A stretch of DNA of 16,603 bases from a virus, in the UHGV virus genome UHGV-0121259; one strand, 5' to 3'. Positions 1-6,717 of the stretch are shown here, piece by piece. Both the position numbers and the translations under genes were made by a program. Positions within the stretch are counted from its first letter, which is position 1, and each line of letters opens with the position of its first letter. The notes under the pieces were generated by a model. The model did not search any database, was not told the origin of the DNA, and saw only the letters and a list, made by a program, of their open reading frames with translations.

Positions 1-49
1 GGACGCCCGCAGTGCGTGAACAGGCGTCCGATATTTTGAAGTGGGCAGA

Positions 50-369
50 TTACTTAACCCGCTTCCCCGTTTCGTCAATGACCTTCTCGCCATCCTCTTT
101 GGTAAACGCCCCTTTCTGACCTTCCGGTAGAATATCCAGCACCATTTCGGAGGGACGACAAAGACGCGTGCCGATCGGCGTCACTACAATCGGCCGATTA
201 ATCAGAATCGGATGCTGAAGCATAAAATCAATCAACTGCTCATCAGAAAATTTGTCTTCATCAAACCCAACTGCTCATAAGGTTCGACGTTCTTGCGCAG
301 CAATGTACGTACTGAAATGCCCATATCTGAAATCAGTTTGCTAAGTTCATCACGAGTCGGGGGAGTATC
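50..369 (-). pseudogene. arsC: arsC-like arsenate reductase remnant (5'-truncated and frameshifted)
   Basis: Two minus-strand frames together spell the middle and C-terminus of glutaredoxin-type ArsC (TPPTRDELSKLISDMGISVRTLLRKNVEPYEQLGL, then after a frame change DEDKFSDEQLIDFMLQHPILINRPIVVTPIGTRLCRPSE...GKRVK). The frame breaks near 262-272, consistent with a 1-nt deletion. The first ~35 codons, including the catalytic Cys region, are absent; homology starts right at the stop of the upstream 88-aa ORF. Confidence 0.75.
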
Positions 370-373
370 ACTA

Positions 374-640
374 CTAACGGTTGAACGTATGCTGTATCGC
401 TGCAAGCCGTGCAATATCTTTCCTTGTCTCTGCATCCCACGGTTCGTTATAAAACCACTTTGACGGGTGAGGGAGTTCAGATAAGGTGTTACTGAACAGT
501 ACCGATACTTCACCATCATCACTGTAGGTATCGAAGATTAACCGTCTACACTCCTTTGCAAACTCTTCACCACCGAGATACAGAAGTTGCCCCTGTTTCT
601 CTGTAACATACAAATCAAAATCTCTGTGTGACATCTTCAT
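374..640 (-). CDS. hypothetical small protein (88 aa)
   Basis: ATG-initiated ORF with non-repetitive, protein-like composition; its start overlaps the stop of a degraded upstream ORF (TAATG). No family recognised by eye. Confidence 0.4.
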   Translation of the reverse strand: MKMSHRDFDLYVTEKQGQLLYLGGEEFAKECRRLIFDTYSDDGEVSVLFSNTLSELPHPSKWFYNEPWDAETRKDIARLAAIQHTFNR

Positions 641-938
641 TATTGGTCAACAACCTTACAGTCATGCAGCATTACACGGTCAGGTGTAATCAGAGTTATT
701 TCATCACTTCTACGATAGCTTAACGTAACGCCACTATCCCCAGCTTTCGGCGCAAAGAACATCTCCAAACGTTTCACAGTGGCGCTCTCTTCAACGGTGT
801 AGTCATAGATTGCATACCGCTCCTGCTTGTCCGTGTATTTTGTACTTCTGACTAGCCATCCAAAACAATAGCGTGTTCACCCTGAGTTAACGACATACGC
901 ACTACAGTCTGACCATCACAGATTACGTCATAGTTCAT
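641..938 (-). pseudogene. frameshifted small gene remnant upstream of the 88-aa ORF
   Basis: Minus-strand translation gives MNYDVICDGQTVVRMSLTQGEHAIVLDG then stop; an adjacent frame continues WLVRSTKYTDKQERYAIYDYTVEESATVKRLEMFFAPKAGDSGVTLSYRRSDEITLITPDRVMLHDCKVVDQ and ends in a stop overlapping the next gene's ATG. Consistent with a single frameshift splitting a roughly 100-codon gene. Hand translation, so moderate to low confidence. Confidence 0.3.
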
Positions 939-989
939 TGCATATGCTGACAAGCTAAAGAGTGTGAGTGGAAACTAAGATGATATGCC

Positions 990-1406
990 TCATTTTATAA
1001 GCAACGCACAGTTATTCTGATTCCAGAGTGATGCAGCAGCTTCCTCATAGTTCGGTGACACGTTCTCTACATTCCTTGCCTTGTTGAAATCTTCAATCTT
1101 GTATTCGGAGTCCTGCACCTGGTAGTGGTAGACCTCTGCAAAATCTATAGCCATTTGCTCAGGGGTAGGATTGTACTCAGTAAATCCTCTCAGATTTGGA
1201 TAGTTCTTCTTAAACAACTGCACAGCTTTCTGTTCCATCGACTGAGCCTGGTCAGGAGTCACATCAGTTCTTAATCCCATATCCATTGTGTAGGCCATAC
1301 ACCGCATTACAGCATTCATCTCGTTCATATCTGCCTGAGAAACACCTTCAGCATTGACGCATGTAACCGTGAACAATCCCAGGATAAGTACCAGCACTTT
1401 CTTCAT
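990..1406 (-). CDS. exported protein with Sec-type signal peptide (138 aa)
   Basis: N-terminus MKKVLVLILGLFTVTCVNA-EG has a typical basic n-region, hydrophobic core and AxA-like cleavage site. Two Cys in the mature part could form a disulfide. No family assigned. Confidence 0.6.
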   Translation of the reverse strand: MKKVLVLILGLFTVTCVNAEGVSQADMNEMNAVMRCMAYTMDMGLRTDVTPDQAQSMEQKAVQLFKKNYPNLRGFTEYNPTPEQMAIDFAEVYHYQVQDSEYKIEDFNKARNVENVSPNYEEAAASLWNQNNCALLIK

Positions 1407-1551
1407 TATCTACCCACCTACAAAAAAACCGCCATAGTTGAAGGGGTAGATTATTACATTATTAGTAAGCGCACAGCGAGAGCCGTATTGACGGGGATGA
1501 GTCATTCAGTTGGCGGGGTTACGCTTCAGGGTAACAGTTCGCTGACCTGAT

Positions 1552-1565
1552 TGACTGGCCAGTCA
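1552..1565. promoter_or_regulatory. 14-bp perfect palindrome TGACTGGCCAGTCA
   Basis: Perfect dyad seen directly in the sequence, in AT-rich non-coding DNA upstream of the exported-protein gene; candidate dimeric regulator binding site. Confidence 0.3.
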
Positions 1566-2066
1566 GCTAGGGGTCAGTTTGGATATCGAAAATTATCGTA
1601 CGTAAAGGTTGATTTTTGTACTACTAGGCTGCGATAAGGGAGATAGACCACGTTGATAGGATGCTTTGAGCGAAGTGCAGACATTTTACTCATGGCAGTG
1701 GAGCGTTCCCGATTAATTAGACAGCACTTTCCAGTAACAAATTTAATTTGTATTTTTCGATCCCGGACAAGCAATACTTGTTGCAATTGATGATCGATGA
1801 ATTCTTTTTTGAGTGCCTGCAACGATTAACATCATTGGTAATCACGGAAAGTAAGATGTCTTAATACTTGCATATCTTTAACAGAAAATTCATGTAGTTG
1901 ATGACTATGATGGTCATCGCCTTTAATGAAATATCTACGTCCCAAAATCCCGTTCTAACCGCGAGTAAAATATCCGGCGTGGGGCATCAGGGAACAACGG
2001 CTGAAATTATCCCGCATTACGCTGGCGCCAGCTTAGCCCTGGCCACCAGCTTGAAGGGAGTTTCCG

Positions 2067-3008
2067 CTATTGATTTCTGAAGAACGCGGTCCTTGAAAGG
2101 GTCATTTGCGTCTGGCAGTCGACCATTTTCTTGACTTCAGCATCTGTTCCCTGCATTGAAACTTTACCGCACATAGCGTCCTTAGTTTTGATCCACTGGC
2201 GCTGAGAAGGCAGCAACTCTTTTTTCTTCTCTGGTGTTAATGTGCTCCAAGCGGTATTCAAATCAGAGTCAGCATTCGCAAAAGCCATTCGGGACTGATC
2301 AAGGTTGTCAGCTTTTTGTTGCTGAGGCTGCTGGTAGGATTGTTGTTGAATGGTTTGCTGAACCTGCTGCTCCGCCTCATATTTAGCCTGTTGCTGCGCC
2401 CTGAGTTGTGCCTGTTGTTCCGCTTCAATTTGACTTTGCTGGGCATCCTTAGCCTGCTGGATTTTCTGCTGCTCAACGATCGGGTTGATGATGGAAAGCG
2501 ATGTCAGTGCAGCGGCACCCACTGATATTGGGTTATCAGAAGAAGCTTTCACAAAAACGTTTTTCTGATCGTCGGTTGCCTGTGCGGTGTAGGAGATGCG
2601 TTTTGAAAAGGCGTTTGCGTTGTTATCCAAAGACAGGCTTTCCATTTGCTTGTCGAGATTACGGTTAAAGTTCTTTCTGTAAGCATCAGAAAGCTGTGCG
2701 TACTCGTTCGCAGGTAGGGTCATCGTCACGGTCCCTTCACAAGTTTTCATTGTGCTGCCCGTGTCACTTGAAGTTGTGGAGATTTCAGAGATGGTCAGTT
2801 TAATCTTGTCCAAAGCGCTTCGTTTGGTCTGATTAGTGACGTCAGGGTATTTGTCGACCTGTTCAGAGAGACCTTCATAAGCAGATTTTTTTATTAAATC
2901 CATGAGAGCTGACTGGGTCATTTCAGAGGAACAACCGATCACGTCTTTTTTGTTATCACAGCCTGTAATGGCAACGGCGAGTAAGAGTGCTGAGTATTTT
3001 AATCTCAT
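2067..3008 (-). CDS. lipoprotein with Gln-rich coiled-coil segment and C-terminal DUF1311 (LprI-like) domain
   Basis: Lipobox LLAVAITGC at the N-terminus; central Q/A/E-rich heptad-like stretch; C-terminus (ADSDLNTAWSTL...QRQWIKTKDAMCGK...VDCQTQMTLSRTAFF) fits the DUF1311 pattern of a conserved W, two Cys and an Arg. Confidence 0.7.
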   Translation of the reverse strand: MRLKYSALLLAVAITGCDNKKDVIGCSSEMTQSALMDLIKKSAYEGLSEQVDKYPDVTNQTKRSALDKIKLTISEISTTSSDTGSTMKTCEGTVTMTLPANEYAQLSDAYRKNFNRNLDKQMESLSLDNNANAFSKRISYTAQATDDQKNVFVKASSDNPISVGAAALTSLSIINPIVEQQKIQQAKDAQQSQIEAEQQAQLRAQQQAKYEAEQQVQQTIQQQSYQQPQQQKADNLDQSRMAFANADSDLNTAWSTLTPEKKKELLPSQRQWIKTKDAMCGKVSMQGTDAEVKKMVDCQTQMTLSRTAFFRNQ

Positions 3009-3459
3009 GAGTTCCCTTTAGAGTAAGGATTGGCTTTTAAGAGGCGGTCTGTAATCAGTCTGGAGGGCTATAGCAAACAGCGCTGAACACTGAACGCATC
3101 ACAAGCAAGAACCAAGGTGGTATCGGCAAAGACTGTGGAATCTTTAATTCAACTGATGAGAACGGTATGCACAAGGTTCAGTATCGATTATCCCGATGCA
3201 GGAAACCTGCAAGGCAGGTTTTGCTGCTGAACTTAAAAAAAGCTAGGTAAAGTCGGTACTGGCGTACCATTTATGACCTTTCACCTCCGCGGTGCACGAA
3301 AAAAATTCCGCAGAAATTCGTTCTTGGCTCATGTGTTCTGCTCCCTTCAAATTAATGCAGACCAAACTTAGCAACTTCCGCTCCTGGCACGAAGCCGACT
3401 ATACGCCTGAAGTATCATAGCTTAATTGGTTCTCTACACTCGCCACTGGGAGCGACTAC

Positions 3460-4104
3460 CTACGTTCTCTTCCCCCGTCCCATCTTCAGTACCTCATAAA
3501 AGGTCCCTCGCCCAAGCCCGTCTGACAACAATTCTCGCTCCTGAGCCAGCGTTTTCAGCTTTCGAAGTATCCGATCCGAAGCCGGCTTATCAGACGTCCC
3601 GTAACGCCCGTCAGTCTCCTCAACCAGAAGCTGAACCAGTAGCCAGCAGAGTCGGGCTGTATTCTCCCGCGCTTTGTCACGCTTATGCATCCCACGCTGG
3701 GAAGGTTGTGCTGAAGCAGTGAGATCCGGTAGCGCATCGTCGCCGAGTGTCTTCAGCCACTTGCGGCCACGGCTGTTGCGTGACAGTTTCATCACCGCCT
3801 TAAGGCTGCGGGCCTTAATTTCTGGCGGCGTGAGTTCGTCATCAATAAGCCGCCAGGCCAGGGCAAACATTTCATCGGCATAGAACATGCGTTTATTCGC
3901 CGGGGCGCTGATCATGCCCGTTGCTTTGATGGTGCGGCTGATGGCGTCGTGCAGGATACGGTAATTTTCCTGATGTTCTTCCGGCAGGGCGTTTGCAGGT
4001 TGGGAAGCATCGAGGCCGAGAAGCAGAAGGGCGAGATGCCGCGCTTCCAGCAGCGGCATATCACATTCCCGTTCAAACAGATTCTGACTAATGGGGCTGG
4101 TCAC
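3460..4104 (-). CDS. hypothetical protein (about 214 aa) coupled to integrase
   Basis: GTG start at 4104 lies 6 nt after a strong AAAGGAG Shine-Dalgarno embedded in the integrase 3' end; the integrase stop is at 4106-4108. No family recognised. Confidence 0.55.
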   Translation of the reverse strand: MTSPISQNLFERECDMPLLEARHLALLLLGLDASQPANALPEEHQENYRILHDAISRTIKATGMISAPANKRMFYADEMFALAWRLIDDELTPPEIKARSLKAVMKLSRNSRGRKWLKTLGDDALPDLTASAQPSQRGMHKRDKARENTARLCWLLVQLLVEETDGRYGTSDKPASDRILRKLKTLAQERELLSDGLGRGTFYEVLKMGRGKRT

Positions 4105-4105
4105 A

Positions 4106-5353
4106 TTATTCTCCTTTCACGATCTGCAGCGGTTCTTCTGCACCGAGCAGCGCCTGTCGTCTGGCAGCATCAACGTAGTTTCCCCACCACTGCATCAGCG
4201 GTCGCCTTTGTTCCAGGTAATCGCTGCGGTTATAGGCCGCTTCGATCTCGTCTTCTTTCTGGTGTGCCAGCGCAGATTCCAGAACTTCACGGGGGAAATG
4301 ACCTGCGCCTGCGGTCCTGGCGATGCTGCGCATGCCGTGGGCGACCAGTTCACCGCCAAACCCCATACGGATAAGCGCGGCGTTCGCGGTCTGTTGGTGC
4401 ATATGCTCCAGTGGTTTGCGAATGCTGGGGAAAACCCACGGACGATGGCGGCTGACTGGCTCCATGATCTGAAGAACGCGCAGTGCCTGTTTGCTGAGCG
4501 GCACCGTATGCGAACGGTTCATCTTCATAAAGGTGTCAGGGATACGCCATTCTGCTTTTTTCATATCGATGTCACACCAGCGGGCGCTAACGGCTTCGCC
4601 GGGGCGAACCCAGGTCAGTAGCTCCCATTCGATAAGGCAGCGGGTTTCCTTGCGGATAGAGGCGTTCTGTAGTGCCAGCATCAGCCTACCCAACTCGCTG
4701 GGGTGGAGTGCGGGCATGTTCTGCTTTTTCGGTTTCTTGAAGCGGGCGACCAGGTTGTCAGCCGGATTGAACTCGATGAGCTCTTCGGAGATGGCAAAGC
4801 GGAAGATTTCATTGAGCCGCGAGATAACCCGCCGCAGCGTTTCGAGGATGCCCTGTTCTTCCAGCGGTGTGAGGTGTTCCTTGAGTATTTTCGGGCGGAT
4901 CTCGGTGACGGGCGTATGGCCCAGAGAAGGAAAGACGTGCATCTCCAGCGAACGCCAGATATCTTTGACGTGATCTTCGCTGAGTCCACAGGTCCGTTTT
5001 TTCTCTTCCAGCCACTGTCCGGCTACCTTTTCCAGCGTGCATTCATTCTGGATGCGTTTTTCTTCGGCCATTTCAGCTAAGTGTTGACGAGGATCGATGC
5101 CCTGCCAGAGCAGTCGTCTGTACTGTGTGCGAGTTTCGCGGGCCATCGCCAGTGTAACGACCGGGTAAGGGCCAAGGCTGGTTTTGGTGCGCTTTTTGGT
5201 GACGGGATGATAATACTCGAAATGCCAGGCCTTCCTCCCTGAAGTCTTAACCAGCAAGTACAGGCCTTCACCGTCCCGTAGCTCATAATCTGTGCTACGG
5301 GGCTTCGCGCCAGCGATCTCCACATTTGTTAAGGGTTTCAGTTGCTTAGGCAT
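4106..5353 (-). CDS. int: P4-family tyrosine integrase (site-specific recombinase)
   Basis: 415 aa; N-terminal arm-binding region (KPLTNVEIAGAKP...DGEGLYLLV) and C-terminal catalytic region with conserved His/Arg/Tyr context (HGMRSIARTAG...ALAHQ...AYNRSDYLEQRR), resembling CP4-57 IntA-type integrases. Lies immediately downstream of the ssrA 3'-end att copy on the same strand. Confidence 0.9.
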   Translation of the reverse strand: MPKQLKPLTNVEIAGAKPRSTDYELRDGEGLYLLVKTSGRKAWHFEYYHPVTKKRTKTSLGPYPVVTLAMARETRTQYRRLLWQGIDPRQHLAEMAEEKRIQNECTLEKVAGQWLEEKKRTCGLSEDHVKDIWRSLEMHVFPSLGHTPVTEIRPKILKEHLTPLEEQGILETLRRVISRLNEIFRFAISEELIEFNPADNLVARFKKPKKQNMPALHPSELGRLMLALQNASIRKETRCLIEWELLTWVRPGEAVSARWCDIDMKKAEWRIPDTFMKMNRSHTVPLSKQALRVLQIMEPVSRHRPWVFPSIRKPLEHMHQQTANAALIRMGFGGELVAHGMRSIARTAGAGHFPREVLESALAHQKEDEIEAAYNRSDYLEQRRPLMQWWGNYVDAARRQALLGAEEPLQIVKGE

Positions 5354-5357
5354 GTTT

Positions 5358-5397
5358 TAGCACCACACTTTTTTAGCCCCACGATACCGTGGTGCTA
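5358..5397. promoter_or_regulatory. dyad symmetry in the integrase leader (TAGCACCAC / GTGGTGCTA, with inner palindrome CCACGATACCGTGG)
   Basis: 9-bp inverted repeat spaced about 22 nt, directly upstream of the int start codon at 5353 and covering its weak ribosome-binding region; possible operator or translational control hairpin. Confidence 0.3.
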
Positions 5398-5451
5398 AAC
5401 ATGGTGCCAAAAGGTCAAAATTCATACAGAGATCATGACCACACATGCAAC

Positions 5452-5489
5452 AAAAAAGCCTGCAACTCGTTGAAGTTACAGGCTTTTTT
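5452..5489. terminator. candidate bidirectional rho-independent terminator
   Basis: AAAAAAGCCTG-(16-nt loop with inner CAAC/GTTG pairing)-CAGGCTTTTTT; an A-run and a T-run flank the stem, so it can terminate on either strand. Sits between the ssrA fragment and int. Confidence 0.45.
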
Positions 5490-5519
5490 AAGGTTCATGA
5501 TGCATCATGAATGAATGTT

Positions 5520-5564
5520 TGGTGGAGCTGGCGGGAGTTGAACCCGCGTCCGAAATTCCTACAT
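5520..5564 (-). repeat. ssrA: 45-bp fragment of the ssrA (tmRNA) 3' end; attachment-site core shared by the two elements
   Basis: Minus strand reads ATGTAGGAATTTCGGACGCGGGTTCAACTCCCGCCAGCTCCACCA, matching the tmRNA 3' acceptor/T-arm and CCA tail as I recall the E. coli sequence. DNA 5' of it (5565 onward) is AT-rich and unrelated to tmRNA, so this is a partial copy, not a gene. Confidence 0.85.
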
Positions 5565-5649
5565 ACCATTTTTACCATAATGAAAACAGTTGTTTGTATT
5601 TAAAAACAGTATGTTAGTGTTGTTTTGTGTTAGTCCGTTTTATCCGTTT

Positions 5650-6717
5650 TTAACTCTCTGCCGCCACTTTGTCGCCATTAAAGGTAAGCAGAGGATCCGT
5701 TTTACCACTATAAGTGGAGATAACTTGAAAGATTGGTACATCATACTTTGCTATCAAATCTGCTATCATGAAAATCTTGCCAGAAGATGCATCGTCTTTG
5801 TATGAAAAAAAATCATCTGTAATATCAAGAATGTCTATCGTAAATTTAAAGTAAGTCGCTATGGTATTTCCAAGCTCACTACTAGACATGAAGTTTGTGA
5901 AAATTTGATATCCTTCTGTAGATAAGGAGGCATGTTCATTTAAACTGACAGTGGTCAAACACAACATCCGGTTTAATTTTAATAGTTTAAATTCTATTGA
6001 ATGTAGTGCTTGCATTTGACGCACTAGAACGTCATTGATATCTAACCCTTTATTCGATGAAGCAAAGCTTTCCATGGATTTAAGAATTTCGAGCCAATAT
6101 TTATTGATTTTTTTTATATATTCTTTATTTGCTTTTGCTGGCCTACCTTTTTCTGGGTTGCTTTCGTCAAATATATATCTATATAAATGTATAGGGTATG
6201 AAACCTTGCATGTAATCTCATGTATTTCAAGGTGGCGTTTGCGATGAATTATTTGGCCAGGTAAATTAGTAAAGTAATCAGTGACAAATTTCAAATGGCT
6301 ATAATGACTATCTGAAAGATTTTTTTGTTTAGCCTCCTGAATCTGTCGATTTGTTTGAACTGTCCGATGAATGTTAGCTACTACGGCAACAAATGGTATG
6401 GATAAAGAAAGTAACGCGATGGGAAGTTTGCTAATAGCAATGAAATTATTAAATCCATCACTGTTAAATTGCGGACTATGTCCAAGCCAGGAAAATAAAC
6501 CAAAATAAAATGATGATAGTAATGGTATCCTTATTGATTGTTTGAATAAGTATTGTTTTGTTAACGGTCTTTCATCCATTTCAAAAGCTTTTTTATTTAT
6601 ACAGAGTGTTAACTCAATAAACACATATAACACATACAAAGATATTAGTGCATATGACAGCCATGAATGTTGTTGAATAAAATCGTTAATAAACACTTTT
6701 TGAGTTTCTCCATCCAA
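5650..6717 (-). CDS. AT-rich membrane-anchored protein of unknown function (about 355 aa), cargo gene between att core and prophage integrase
   Basis: Long ORF in a markedly AT-rich segment (by eye) unlike flanking phage DNA. Three hydrophobic helices in the first ~120 residues, then a ~235-aa K/N/I/Y-rich soluble domain. The start codon is uncertain (TTG at 6717 or GTG at 6696); both overlap the integrase 3' end. Confidence 0.6.
   Translation of the reverse strand: MDGETQKVFINDFIQQHSWLSYALISLYVLYVFIELTLCINKKAFEMDERPLTKQYLFKQSIRIPLLSSFYFGLFSWLGHSPQFNSDGFNNFIAISKLPIALLSLSIPFVAVVANIHRTVQTNRQIQEAKQKNLSDSHYSHLKFVTDYFTNLPGQIIHRKRHLEIHEITCKVSYPIHLYRYIFDESNPEKGRPAKANKEYIKKINKYWLEILKSMESFASSNKGLDINDVLVRQMQALHSIEFKLLKLNRMLCLTTVSLNEHASLSTEGYQIFTNFMSSSELGNTIATYFKFTIDILDITDDFFSYKDDASSGKIFMIADLIAKYDVPIFQVISTYSGKTDPLLTFNGDKVAAES

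Larger units (their letters stand above)
50..5519. mobile_element. remnant genomic island with P4-type integrase (CP4-57-like architecture); left boundary not defined in window
   Basis: Integrase directly downstream of the ssrA 3'-end copy on the same strand; cargo of exported and unknown proteins; degraded genes including an arsC remnant. No second att copy found to the left. Confidence 0.5.

Noticed and set aside
1-49. Inverted repeat GGACGCC ... GGCGTCC at the left window edge as a terminator for arsC
   Set aside because: Stem is plausible but the flanking run needed to judge a rho-independent terminator is cut by the window edge; cannot be supported.
1574-1822. 82-aa minus-strand ORF from the track
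   Set aside because: Begins with a non-ATG codon, lies in AT-rich non-coding-looking DNA without a ribosome-binding site, and the first ATG would leave about 39 codons; probably spurious.
1898-2080. 60-aa plus-strand ORF
   Set aside because: No ribosome-binding site, overlaps the 3' end of the lipoprotein gene on the opposite strand; likely chance ORF.
2258-2525. ORFs on both strands inside the lipoprotein gene (2258-2476 minus, 2316-2525 plus)
   Set aside because: Generated by the repetitive CTG/CAG-rich coiled-coil coding segment; low-complexity translations (poly-L or S/R-rich) typical of alternative frames.
3426-5325. Multiple overlapping or antisense ORFs within the int and adjacent gene (e.g. 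3949-4374, 4091-4621, 4491-4973, 4681-4989, 4703-5080, 4809-5042, 5077-5325, 3555-3737, 3674-3883)
   Set aside because: All overlap the long, well-supported integrase and coupled-gene frames; Arg/Ser-rich low-complexity translations characteristic of off-frame reading of GC-rich coding DNA.
5565-5900. Possibility of an intact ssrA (tmRNA) gene extending upstream of the 45-bp match
   Set aside because: Sequence 5' of the match (5565 onward, minus-strand sense) is AT-rich and diverges immediately from the tmRNA sequence; only the 3' 45 nt are present, so this is an att repeat rather than an RNA gene.
5590-6247. Plus-strand ORFs (5590-5805, 6035-6247) antisense to the AT-rich membrane-protein gene
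   Set aside because: Short, antisense to a much longer ORF, in AT-rich DNA where chance ORFs are frequent.
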